DNA from: a virus
Lineage: Duplodnaviria; Heunggongvirae; Uroviricota; Caudoviricetes
Reading direction: 5' to 3' (one strand)
DNA length: 57,188 nt
Virus record (IMG/VR): IMGVR_UViG_2657245570_000014
The notes beneath the pieces were generated by a model. It saw only the letters and a program-made list of their open reading frames with translations. It did no database searches and was not told the origin of the DNA. The position numbers were made by a program, and so were the translations under genes. Positions 28,863-37,813 of this stretch are shown here, piece by piece (position 1 is the first letter of the stretch; each line of letters starts with the position of its first letter).

Positions 28863-29849
28863 CTATTTAAGAATAAAACGGTATTTACTGTCAGGAGTGC
28901 TTTGCTGATCAAGTAGCAGTGAACGACATGGAGCAGTCAAAACCCGAGCATAACTACCATCAGGGCTTATGTTAATGTAACAAACCTTGCCCTTAACACT
29001 ATAATTTTCGGGGACGGATGCCTTTGCTGATACAGTAAATTTAAGGGTATGCCAGCCCGTTTTTTGCTTGTAGCTTGAAACCGAATGGAAATCATCTGAG
29101 TACTTATTTAACCCTGGAAACATGCTGCGCAGTGCGGGGATGGAATCTTCTATTATTTTATCGTTGGTTTTAATGTTAAAAACGCTGGTTTCAGTAGAAG
29201 CTACTGCTTTGGCATTTCCCCATTTACCAGCGAACACAATCATTCCCACGAAAAATATTGCTACAAGAACTAACACTCCCCCCAACACTACTACATGAGG
29301 CTTCCGGCTTCTGGTTGGTACAGTTGCGACTGATTTTGCACCGCTTTCCGATGGAGGTGATAGAGTTTTACTCTCATCACGAATATTCAGCAGATCATCA
29401 AAATAACCAAACACAGCCTGCAACTGCTCTTTGTCTAGGCCTTTAAGATGGGTTGTACCGAAATGCTTCAGACAGTATCTGTCACGGTCAAGACGATACC
29501 CAGGGTCAGTAAGCGCCATTATTTTGCTGACCAGAAGATTACAGTCCTTCATATTCTGGATCTGTTGTGCATATCTCTGAAGGATCTCAACCGCACCATG
29601 ATAATCAGCCGCAGTCATTTCATTAACTGTTTTGGTATTAAGTTTCGTGTGGATCGTCATCCATAGCTCGCGCTTACTTTCCCCCAGATCAACCAATTCA
29701 TCCATCAATCTGTGTAAATCGCGTTTTTGCAGCAACGAAATTGGTTGCTGGGCCGAAGGAAGTATGTCAGCAGAATAGTTATGAATGGTAACATCACCGC
29801 TGACAACGTTACCCACATCCCCGTTAACTGTTTGCTTCTCTTTACTCAT
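28863..29849 (-). CDS. Single-pass membrane protein, unknown function, apparently co-transcribed with the repressor
   Basis: 328 aa; start overlaps the repressor stop; central transmembrane segment HVVVLGGVLVLVAIFFVGMIVFA; N-terminal motif NGDVGNVVSGDVTIHN. Confidence 0.65.
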   Translation of the reverse strand: MSKEKQTVNGDVGNVVSGDVTIHNYSADILPSAQQPISLLQKRDLHRLMDELVDLGESKRELWMTIHTKLNTKTVNEMTAADYHGAVEILQRYAQQIQNMKDCNLLVSKIMALTDPGYRLDRDRYCLKHFGTTHLKGLDKEQLQAVFGYFDDLLNIRDESKTLSPPSESGAKSVATVPTRSRKPHVVVLGGVLVLVAIFFVGMIVFAGKWGNAKAVASTETSVFNIKTNDKIIEDSIPALRSMFPGLNKYSDDFHSVSSYKQKTGWHTLKFTVSAKASVPENYSVKGKVCYINISPDGSYARVLTAPCRSLLLDQQSTPDSKYRFILK

Positions 29850-30307
29850 CTTCTCTTGGTATTTTTGTTCATTATTCCACCTGTTCCTATGGTTACGTTA
29901 CCTTTGATAACATTCCCCAGAACATCTCCATGAATAACCTGTTCCGCCCGTTCTCTGGAGGAGCCAGTAGTCAAGGCCGACAAAACTGAACCTTTGACCT
30001 GTAATGGTGCCTGCCGGTAGTGCTGCAGTAACTCCATTTCATCACGTGATAAAGTTATACCTGATGACTCCCCGGTAAGAATGAACTGTACATTGGCCCC
30101 AATTCTTGCAAAGGCTGCAAGTAACTCACCTCCGGGAACAGCAACCCCTCGTTCATATTTCCCCCACATTTCTCTTGAAACGCCACAAAGGGCTGCTACT
30201 TCAGCCTGCTTGAGTGATAACCGCGAACGCTCAGCTTTGAACCGCGACGCGCAAAGAGAATCAAAATTCACATAAACCTCATTGACAATGAGAACAATAG
30301 TTCTCAT
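29846..30307 (-). CDS. Putative prophage repressor (XRE-family helix-turn-helix)
   Basis: HTH region LKQAEVAALCGVSREMWGKYERG; divergent from the ner-like gene; true start may be an internal GTG with GAGG Shine-Dalgarno. Confidence 0.7.
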   Translation of the reverse strand: MRTIVLIVNEVYVNFDSLCASRFKAERSRLSLKQAEVAALCGVSREMWGKYERGVAVPGGELLAAFARIGANVQFILTGESSGITLSRDEMELLQHYRQAPLQVKGSVLSALTTGSSRERAEQVIHGDVLGNVIKGNVTIGTGGIMNKNTKRR

Positions 30308-30357
30308 AATCTATCACATATAAAACAAACATCATTGCATCAACAAAGGAGACAACA
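30308..30357. promoter_or_regulatory. Divergent early promoter/operator region between the repressor and ner-like genes
   Basis: Short AT-rich intergenic region between divergent regulator genes. Confidence 0.5.
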
Positions 30358-30546
30358 ATGACTTCCGAACAAGTTAAAAATCTCTTCCGTCAGCGTGGTA
30401 TCACGTTTACCCGCTGGGCCGAAGAACACGGCTACAGCCGCAATGAGGTCTATCGTGTTCTCAATGGACAGACCAAAGCTCGTTACGGCAAAGCCCATGA
30501 AATTGCCGTAAAACTGGGATTAAAACCCACGTCAAATGCGGCATAA
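30358..30546 (+). CDS. Ner/Cro-like small DNA-binding protein
   Basis: 62 aa; AAGGAGA Shine-Dalgarno; first gene of the early operon, opposite the repressor. Confidence 0.7.
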   Translation: MTSEQVKNLFRQRGITFTRWAEEHGYSRNEVYRVLNGQTKARYGKAHEIAVKLGLKPTSNAA

Positions 30547-30598
30547 ATTTTCCACATATGCAACAGGTTATCACATATTGCAAAAATGGAAATGTGAC

Positions 30599-30907
30599 AT
30601 GAGTAAAGTAAATATTTCCAGTTCTGGGACCCGCATCCTACGTGTACTCAAAGCTCTACGCGGTCATGCTCTGAACGGTGTTTCTAACGGTGAACTGGCA
30701 TCAGCCCTGGGGGAGTCCCCGGCGAATATCAATCGAGCACTTAATACCCTTATTGAAGAGGGACTGGCCATGAAATTAGAGAACGGACGTTTCGCACCGG
30801 GAATCCAGTTACTACAGATCGCCATGGCTCACAGTCACGAGATGGCGCGTGCACAGGATCGTATTAACGAAATCAACCAACGAGTTATTTCAGGTAGTCG
30901 TTTGTAA
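30599..30907 (+). CDS. Putative winged-helix DNA-binding protein
   Basis: Region RILRVLKALRGHALNGVSNGELASALGESPANINRALNTLIEEGLA; start uncertain (ORF opens at 30536). Confidence 0.5.
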   Translation: MSKVNISSSGTRILRVLKALRGHALNGVSNGELASALGESPANINRALNTLIEEGLAMKLENGRFAPGIQLLQIAMAHSHEMARAQDRINEINQRVISGSRL

Positions 30908-30917
30908 GGAGTAATCA

Positions 30918-31832
30918 ATGGGACGCACCAAATCACCCGTTAACACTGAACTGAATGTTGAGGTTCCGCTGTCAGATAACATCAATGTCAATTTGAACGC
31001 TATGACACAGCATCGCATGGAAATTATGCAGCAGTTTGGTGATGGACTGCCTTATGAACGTGATCGCATTGTTCACGAAGCACGTTTTTATATGGCGCAG
31101 AGTGCTGAATCTATGCTGGAAGCGGGTAAGCGGCTGATCATCTTAAAAGAAAATGAGCCACACGGTGATTTTACAAACATTTTAGAAAATGAACTCGGAC
31201 TTGCACCACAAGTTGCTCGCCGCATGATGCAAGCCAGTATGAAGTTTTTGGGAGAAGGTGATGAGCCAACAAAACGCTCAACGTTGAGCGTTTTGGGGAA
31301 AGCCAAACTGTACGACCTGATGGTTCTGGATAATGAAGAACTTGATGAATTGGCCGACGGCGGCACAGTTGCCGGCCTGACGCTTGACGACGTTGATCGC
31401 ATGTCAGTACGTGAATTGCGTCAGGCCCTGCGCGAAGCGCGCGAAACCAACGCAGCACAACAGCGCGTACTCGCCGACAAAAATGAAAAAATAGATTCAC
31501 TCTCCACCAGACTGGAGAAGAAATCCCGTATTCAGCCGCCTGAGCCTGATGAGGAGGTTAAGAAGCTGCGGGCGGAAGTAACAGCATTAGCGGTTGAGGC
31601 GGAATCTGCTATCGCCGTCCGACTGTCCAGCGCTTTTGAGACGCTGTGCGCATATTGTGCTGAAAACATGATTGATACCCCCAGAGACTTCATGGCAGGC
31701 CTGGTCTGTCAACTGGAAAGCACAGCGCGTAGCCTGCGCTCCACATTTGACCTGCCGGACGAGCCAACAGGCAATGCAGCGCCTTCATGGCTGACTGAGC
31801 CGACGCCACAGATTAACGGGCTGGAGGCATAA
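30918..31832 (+). CDS. Conserved early-region coiled-coil protein, unknown function
   Basis: 304 aa; AAGGAG Shine-Dalgarno; immediately upstream of the transposase. Confidence 0.6.
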   Translation: MGRTKSPVNTELNVEVPLSDNINVNLNAMTQHRMEIMQQFGDGLPYERDRIVHEARFYMAQSAESMLEAGKRLIILKENEPHGDFTNILENELGLAPQVARRMMQASMKFLGEGDEPTKRSTLSVLGKAKLYDLMVLDNEELDELADGGTVAGLTLDDVDRMSVRELRQALREARETNAAQQRVLADKNEKIDSLSTRLEKKSRIQPPEPDEEVKKLRAEVTALAVEAESAIAVRLSSAFETLCAYCAENMIDTPRDFMAGLVCQLESTARSLRSTFDLPDEPTGNAAPSWLTEPTPQINGLEA

Positions 31833-31835
31833 CCA

Positions 31836-33605
31836 ATGAATGCTGCCCTGACTGAACGACTGGTTTATGTCGCCCGCGCGGCACGTGACGCGGGGCATGG
31901 TAAACGCGGTGCAATATACGACGCTGCCTGTGCTGAACTTGGCATGTCCCGCGCCACTCTGCTGCGCAGGCTGAAGGAGGTCTCTGTGACTGATAAACGC
32001 AAAAAACGCGCCGATGCCGGGCGCAGCGCCCTGACCCGCGACGAAGCCGCGCTGATATCTGCCACACTGCGTGAGGCCACCCGCAAGAACGGTAAGCGTC
32101 TCTATTCCATCGCAGATGCAGTGGAAACCCTGCGGGCTAACGGCTTTATCACCGCAGGCAGAACAGATGAAACCACCAGTGAGTTTTTCCCGTTGTCTGA
32201 AGATGCCATCAGCCGTGCTCTGCGTAACTATGGCCTGCACCCGGAACAACTGGATGCCCCTGCACCACATACCGAAGTGGCCAGTCTGCATCCCAATCAT
32301 GTCTGGCAGATTGACGCCTCACTCTGCACGCTTTACTACCTGAGCAATGGACATAAAGGGCTGCAGGTGATGGACAGCGCGAAGTTCTACAAGAACAAGC
32401 CCGCTAACCTTGCCCGTATCGCCAGTGACCGCGTGTGGAGTTACGAGATTACCGACCATGCCAGCGGCTGGATTTACGTTGAGTATGTGACGGGCGCGGA
32501 ATCAGGTGAGAACCTGTGTTCTGTGCTTATCAACGCCATGCAGGAGCGTGGCGGCGCAGACGTGCTGCACGGCGTGCCGAAAATACTCTATCTCGACCCC
32601 GGCTCGGCAAACACCGCGGGTATGACGAAAAACATGTGCCGCTCACTGGGCATCGACCTGATAGCGCACAAGCCGCATAACGCCCGCGCCACCGGACAGG
32701 TGGAAAAGGCGCGTGACATTATCGAACGCAAGCTGGAGCCGGGTCTGAAGTTCCGGCCGGTTCACAGTCTGGAAGAACTCAACGCGCTGGCCGCGAAATG
32801 GCGCAGCCACTTTAACGCCACGGCTGTTCACAGCCGCCACGGTAAAACCCGCACGGATATCTGGCTGAAGATTACTGCTGAGCAGCTGAAAAAAGCGCCT
32901 TCCGTTGAGGTATGTCGTGAACTGGCTGTGGCGGCACCAGAACTCCGCAAAGTCACGCCAAAACTTCGTGTCTCGTTCCGGGGCACTGAATTTGACGTAT
33001 CAACGGTACCGGGCGTACTGGTTGGTGAAAAACTGATGATTACCCGTAACCCATGGCGCAGCGATGTGGCACAGGTGGTTCTGACCGGTGAGGACGGCCA
33101 CGAGACGTTCTTCCTGGTCGAAGAGGTCAGAAAGAACGAGTTTGGCTTTGCTGAAGGCGCGGCGGTATTTGGCGAAAGTTACAAAGCCCTGCCGGAAACC
33201 CCGGCACAGATGGCGGCAAAAGAAACCGAAGCGCTGGTTACCGGTACAGACAACGCCGCAGATGCAGCCGCCGCACGCAAGGCGAAGGCGCTGCCGTTCG
33301 GCGGGCGGCTTGACCCGTATAAACATATCGACGACACCACACTTCCGGCCTATATGCCGAAGCGTGGTCAGGCCTCTGACGTACGCGGGCCGCGCACTGA
33401 ACAACGTCCCATGACTCATGTGGAGGCCGCGAAAGCCCTGCGCGATAAGTTCAGCGCCGACGGCCTTACCTGGACGCCGGAACATTACCGCCAGTTAACG
33501 GCACAGTACCCGGACGGCGTACCGGAAGCCGCACTGGATGAAGTCATGGCCACGCTGACCACACCGGCCCGCAGCAGTGTTATCAGCATTGTTAACGGCA
33601 ACTGA
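31836..33605 (+). CDS. DDE transposase (Mu A-like, integrase-core fold)
   Basis: 589 aa; candidate catalytic residues in HVWQIDASL, LYLDPGSANT and a later Glu; GGAGG Shine-Dalgarno. Confidence 0.85.
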   Translation: MNAALTERLVYVARAARDAGHGKRGAIYDAACAELGMSRATLLRRLKEVSVTDKRKKRADAGRSALTRDEAALISATLREATRKNGKRLYSIADAVETLRANGFITAGRTDETTSEFFPLSEDAISRALRNYGLHPEQLDAPAPHTEVASLHPNHVWQIDASLCTLYYLSNGHKGLQVMDSAKFYKNKPANLARIASDRVWSYEITDHASGWIYVEYVTGAESGENLCSVLINAMQERGGADVLHGVPKILYLDPGSANTAGMTKNMCRSLGIDLIAHKPHNARATGQVEKARDIIERKLEPGLKFRPVHSLEELNALAAKWRSHFNATAVHSRHGKTRTDIWLKITAEQLKKAPSVEVCRELAVAAPELRKVTPKLRVSFRGTEFDVSTVPGVLVGEKLMITRNPWRSDVAQVVLTGEDGHETFFLVEEVRKNEFGFAEGAAVFGESYKALPETPAQMAAKETEALVTGTDNAADAAAARKAKALPFGGRLDPYKHIDDTTLPAYMPKRGQASDVRGPRTEQRPMTHVEAAKALRDKFSADGLTWTPEHYRQLTAQYPDGVPEAALDEVMATLTTPARSSVISIVNGN

Positions 33606-33615
33606 GGAGGGAAAC

Positions 33616-34782
33616 ATGCTGGTACTGAAGCAGCAACTGAAAGAGGCCCGTATTCCACAGGCGGTGGTGGCGAGAGCTGTCGATGTTTCTGAGGCCACGC
33701 TGGCCCAGATTGTGAATCATAACGCGTGGCCCCGCACCAGCCCCGGAGAAGTGCGCCGGCGTCTTGCGTCCTGGCTGGAAAGTCAGGGGATTGATACAAC
33801 GAAGAGTTTTGATGCTGTACAGGGCGCGGCCACGCCCCGTACAGCGGGTACCACAGATAAAACGAGCCTCAGTGAGGAAGAGAATATGTTACTCAAAAAA
33901 CAGGTGTTATTTCCAGCAACCAAAAAAGCGTTTGGTCTTTTCCGTGACCCGTTCGCCGACGAAGCCATGCAGGGTTCTGATGATGTGTTCACCACCCCGG
34001 ACATTCGCTACGTGCGTGAGGCGCTGTACCAGACAGCCCGTCATGGTGGGTTTATGGCCGTCATCGGTGAGTCCGGTGCGGGTAAATCCACGCTGCGCCG
34101 CGACCTGACTGAACGTATCAACCGCGAGAATGCGCCGGTAATTGTTATCGAGCCATACATCATCGCTATGGAAGACAACGATGTGAAAGGGAAAACCCTG
34201 AAGGCAGCAGCTATTGCCGAAGCCATTATCAGTACCATCGCACCACTGGAAAGCATCAGACGCAGTCAGGACGCCCGTTTTCGCCAGTTGCATCGCGTCC
34301 TGAAAGACAGCAGCCAGGCGGGGTTCAGCCACGTTCTGGTGATTGAGGAGGCCCACAGTCTGCCCATTCCGACACTGAAACACCTCAAACGCTTTTTTGA
34401 GCTGGAGTCCGGTTTCAAAAAACTGCTGTCCATCGTGCTGATTGGCCAGCCGGAACTGGCGACAAAACTGTCTGAACGCAATATGGAAGTCCGTGAAGTC
34501 GTTCAGCGCTGTGAGGTGGTCGAACTTCTGCCTCTGGACAATAACCTTGAAGAATTTCTGACGTTCAAACTGCAACGGGCCGGTAAACAGCTGACGGACA
34601 TTATGGACGCCGGTGCAGTGGATGCCATACGTGCCCGCCTGAGCAATCCGGGAAGTCACCGTAAAAATATGGTCAGCCTGCTGTATCCGCTGGCCGTCAG
34701 TAACCTGGTAATAGCCGCCATGAATCTGGCCGCTGAAATCGGGGTTCCACAGGTCAACGCTGACGTTGTCAAAGGGGTTTAA
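33616..34782 (+). CDS. Transposition ATPase (Mu B-like, AAA+)
   Basis: Walker A GESGAGKST and Walker B-like VLVIEEAH; directly downstream of the transposase with GAGGAGGG Shine-Dalgarno. Confidence 0.85.
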   Translation: MLVLKQQLKEARIPQAVVARAVDVSEATLAQIVNHNAWPRTSPGEVRRRLASWLESQGIDTTKSFDAVQGAATPRTAGTTDKTSLSEEENMLLKKQVLFPATKKAFGLFRDPFADEAMQGSDDVFTTPDIRYVREALYQTARHGGFMAVIGESGAGKSTLRRDLTERINRENAPVIVIEPYIIAMEDNDVKGKTLKAAAIAEAIISTIAPLESIRRSQDARFRQLHRVLKDSSQAGFSHVLVIEEAHSLPIPTLKHLKRFFELESGFKKLLSIVLIGQPELATKLSERNMEVREVVQRCEVVELLPLDNNLEEFLTFKLQRAGKQLTDIMDAGAVDAIRARLSNPGSHRKNMVSLLYPLAVSNLVIAAMNLAAEIGVPQVNADVVKGV

Positions 34783-34784
34783 TA

Positions 34785-35054
34785 ATGAAATCCACCACAG
34801 GTATCAACCAGCAAATCAGCAAAGTGCAGTCAGCCATTATGGCGCTTAAGGCGACGAACACGGATGTACAAAGCATCACCATCAGGGGTAACAAACCTGT
34901 CATCCGCGTTTCCCGGAGTGCGCATTGCATGCGCATGCTTGAGCAGGGAAAGGCCTGTTATCTGTATACCGGACATGACCACAGGGGATATTTCCGTCAG
35001 GGCGTTTTCGAACTGCACGGCTGTCGCGTCGTGTGGCCGGAATCTTTGTGGTAA
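34785..35054 (+). CDS. Hypothetical early protein
   Basis: 89-aa ORF tightly packed after the B-like gene. Confidence 0.5.
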   Translation: MKSTTGINQQISKVQSAIMALKATNTDVQSITIRGNKPVIRVSRSAHCMRMLEQGKACYLYTGHDHRGYFRQGVFELHGCRVVWPESLW

Positions 35055-35081
35055 TCAGCACAACTGGAGAAATCATAAAAA

Positions 35082-35612
35082 ATGGCAAAAAGTACAAAAG
35101 GTGCAAAACGTATCAAGGCCGCAGCAGCACTCTGGGTGCCGGGGACACGTGAAGAGGTCATTGAGGGAATCAGACTACTCGGTGACGCACAACGTGAACT
35201 GGTCAGGGCTGAAACAGAAATGAATGACGCCATTGGCGATATCACCGCACGTTATGCCCCGCTCACCGAGAGCCTGAAAAAACGCATGGCCGAACTGCAG
35301 TCCGGTATTCAGACATGGTGTGAGGCACACCGTGATGAACTGACCGGCAACGGGAAGGTGAAGTTCGCTAACCTCACCACCGGCGAGGTGCAGTGGCGAA
35401 ACCGTCCGCCATCAGTCAGTATCCGTGGGGCGGATAATGTTATTGAATTACTGAGACGTCTGGGGCTTGAGCGCTTTATTCGTGTAAAAGAGGAAATAAA
35501 TAAAGACGCTATCCTGAATGAAAAAGAGGCCGTGAAAAATATTCCCGGTATTTCCATTAAAAGCGACATTGAGGATTTTTCAATAATTCCTTTTGAGCAG
35601 GATGTGCAGTAA
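35082..35612 (+). CDS. gam: Mu-type Gam (DNA end-binding, host nuclease inhibitor)
   Basis: 176 aa; MAKSTKGAKRIKAAAALWVP... and C-terminal GISIKSDIEDFSIIPFEQD resemble Mu Gam as recalled. Confidence 0.8.
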   Translation: MAKSTKGAKRIKAAAALWVPGTREEVIEGIRLLGDAQRELVRAETEMNDAIGDITARYAPLTESLKKRMAELQSGIQTWCEAHRDELTGNGKVKFANLTTGEVQWRNRPPSVSIRGADNVIELLRRLGLERFIRVKEEINKDAILNEKEAVKNIPGISIKSDIEDFSIIPFEQDVQ

Positions 35613-35709
35613 ACACACCACGTTAATTATTTAATAAAAACATTTTCTTTTTTATTCCGACGTCAGCGCCGCGGGCTTCTGCACGCCGGAAACAGAGGAG
35701 AATTAAATC

Positions 35710-35904
35710 ATGATATTTAAATGTATTCAGTGCGAGAGGGATATAACAGCCCTGCGTTTTCACAGCGCCATCGCCGTGATGTCCGGTAAATACCACATCC
35801 CTGCGGTACGCGTCACCCTGGTCTGCCCGTACTGCAGCCAGCATTTTTCGGCAGACGTGCCCGTCATGGAATTCTCCCGCCCTGACAGGGAGGACTCGCA
35901 ATGA
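35710..35904 (+). CDS. Hypothetical small Cys-containing protein (two CxxC motifs)
   Basis: 64 aa with CIQC and CPYC. Confidence 0.5.
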   Translation: MIFKCIQCERDITALRFHSAIAVMSGKYHIPAVRVTLVCPYCSQHFSADVPVMEFSRPDREDSQ

Positions 35905-36173
35905 TTACCCCACAGGAAGCACGACAGCGCACCCGAACCCTTGTTGAACACTATGTCAACGAGTGTGAATGCCGCGACCTCACCGATGTGAAGCACGTCC
36001 TGACGGCGCTAATCAGCATGACCGCTCAAGCCATTGTGGCGACCAACGGAAAGGCGGCTGCCCTGCAGGTACTGGTGAACACACTAACCCACACGGCAGC
36101 GCATGAGGTGCCGTACCGGATGGAAACCACTGCAGAAGGCGGCCTGCACATCACCGTCAGCCGGAAGCACTGA
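35901..36173 (+). CDS. Hypothetical early protein
   Basis: 90 aa; ATGA overlap with the upstream gene. Confidence 0.5.
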   Translation: MITPQEARQRTRTLVEHYVNECECRDLTDVKHVLTALISMTAQAIVATNGKAAALQVLVNTLTHTAAHEVPYRMETTAEGGLHITVSRKH

Positions 36174-36182
36174 GGGCGCGGC

Positions 36183-36479
36183 ATGACACGGAACACCATA
36201 CTCACCCGCACCGCCCTCTACCGTCTGGCCCTGCAGCGTTTCGGGCCGGACGCACAGGCCCTGAAACTGACAGAAGAGGCCGCTGAACTGGCGGCCAGTG
36301 CTGCCCGCAATCTGAACGGACAGGGCAGCGAAAGCGACCTCGCGGCAGAGCTGGCAGACGTGGAAATCATGACAGAGCAATTGCGCCTTCAGGGGATGGA
36401 CCGGCTGATTGACTTCCACAAACAGAAAAAACTGGAACGTCTGGCTGCACGACTGGGCGTGATTTACACGAACGAGTAA
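36183..36479 (+). CDS. Hypothetical early protein
   Basis: 98-aa ORF in the early operon. Confidence 0.5.
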   Translation: MTRNTILTRTALYRLALQRFGPDAQALKLTEEAAELAASAARNLNGQGSESDLAAELADVEIMTEQLRLQGMDRLIDFHKQKKLERLAARLGVIYTNE

Positions 36480-36493
36480 CCGGGAGGCATTCA

Positions 36494-36709
36494 ATGGCTG
36501 ACATACTCAGGGAAATCACCGCATGGATACTGATTCTTACTGGCCTGGCGACATGCCTCAGTGCGGGGGCAGCCCTGGCTGCCCTGCTGATGCACATAAC
36601 AACACAGTGGTTATGGGAAAAGCTTAAAGCAGCATACAGCCTGAAAGAGCTGTCCGACGCTGTCCGGGCATGGAAACGGCAGAAAAATACCGGAGATACA
36701 GAACAATGA
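36494..36709 (+). CDS. Small membrane protein
   Basis: 71 aa; hydrophobic segment ITAWILILTGLATCLSAGAALAALLM. Confidence 0.5.
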   Translation: MADILREITAWILILTGLATCLSAGAALAALLMHITTQWLWEKLKAAYSLKELSDAVRAWKRQKNTGDTEQ

Positions 36710-37389
36710 CAGACCAGAATAAACACATTGAGAAACTGAAAAAGTTGCTGGCGCTGGCCGCATCCGGCAACCCGCACGAGGCCGCTCTGGCACTGCGCCG
36801 AGCCCGTAAACTGATGGATGTTCACGGCATCACACATTCCGACATTGCTATGAGTGATATTGATGAAACCATCAGTCACTACTGGCCGACAGGCAGTCTC
36901 CGTCCACCGCGCTACATGCTGGGCCTGATGAACATCATCCGCGAGGTATTTGGTGTTAACTCCATCATTCACCCCGGCACGCATCCGTCTGTGGGGTTCT
37001 ACGGCAACCGGGAACGTGCGGCACTGGCTGCATACACCTGGGAAGTGCTGGCCCGTCAGCTGAAAAAGGCGCGTCAGCAGTATATCAGTGCACAGAACAA
37101 AAGAATAAAAACCGCCACCCGCACCAGCCGTGGAGACCAGTTTGCCGAAGGCTGGGTGCTGGCCGTTATCAGTGAAATACAGTCCTTTGCCCTGACCGAT
37201 GATGAGCGTGAACTGATGCAGCAGTGGCTGGAACATAAATACCCGCAGACGCAAACCACCAGGGCGCGTAAACCGGGAAGAAGCCGCAATGGCGACGCCT
37301 CGCGCTATGCGGGGTTTCGTGAAGGGCAGAACGTCAGACTGCACCGCCCGGTCAGTGGGCAGGAACAACAGAAACTGGAGGCCAGATGA
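36706..37389 (+). CDS. Conserved Mu-like early-region protein
   Basis: N-terminal IEKLKKLLALAASGNPHEAALALRRARKLM motif; ATGA overlap with the upstream gene; start taken at internal Met. Confidence 0.55.
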   Translation: MTDQNKHIEKLKKLLALAASGNPHEAALALRRARKLMDVHGITHSDIAMSDIDETISHYWPTGSLRPPRYMLGLMNIIREVFGVNSIIHPGTHPSVGFYGNRERAALAAYTWEVLARQLKKARQQYISAQNKRIKTATRTSRGDQFAEGWVLAVISEIQSFALTDDERELMQQWLEHKYPQTQTTRARKPGRSRNGDASRYAGFREGQNVRLHRPVSGQEQQKLEAR

Positions 37390-37616
37390 TTACGCTATCA
37401 GGTAAAAGCCGGAAATTAAAAGCCTGCCGAATATCTGCCAGATACCTTTTTGCCCGCGCCTTTTTTAAGAACGTCAGGCCGGGGATCACAATTGGTGTTA
37501 TTGCCGGACGCGAACAGGTTGAAAAATACATGTCAGGTGCATGGTGGAATAACGACCCTGTCATTGCTGCCCGTAATATTCATATCGAATGGGGAGGTAT
37601 TCAGAATGACTACTGA
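37386..37616 (+). CDS. Hypothetical early protein
   Basis: 76 aa; ATGA overlap. Confidence 0.45.
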   Translation: MITLSGKSRKLKACRISARYLFARAFFKNVRPGITIGVIAGREQVEKYMSGAWWNNDPVIAARNIHIEWGGIQNDY

Positions 37617-37812
37617 AACCATTGTCTGTTTTCTTTTCTGGTATATGTACGCAGGATCATGCAGCGCAAGACTTCATCGTTCCCTGGGCTATGGCAGGCA
37701 CTACGACACCGCGCATTACATCCTGTACATGACCGCCGTCATGTTGTTCTGGCCAGTCACCCTGCCAGCTGCAACCGACATTGTTGCCGACAGACTGAAA
37801 AAAAGGAGATGA
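37606..37812 (+). CDS. Small membrane protein
   Basis: 68 aa; GGGGAGG Shine-Dalgarno; hydrophobic segments. Confidence 0.5.
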   Translation: MTTETIVCFLFWYMYAGSCSARLHRSLGYGRHYDTAHYILYMTAVMLFWPVTLPAATDIVADRLKKRR

Positions 37813-37813
37813 T

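Noticed and set aside
33907-34659. 250-aa minus-strand ORF
   Set aside because: Antisense to the B-like ATPase gene, whose Walker motifs support the plus-strand frame.
36367-37368. 333-aa minus-strand ORF across the early region
   Set aside because: Antisense to a string of tightly coupled plus-strand early genes with overlapping stop/start codons; Cys/Arg-rich junk-like translation.
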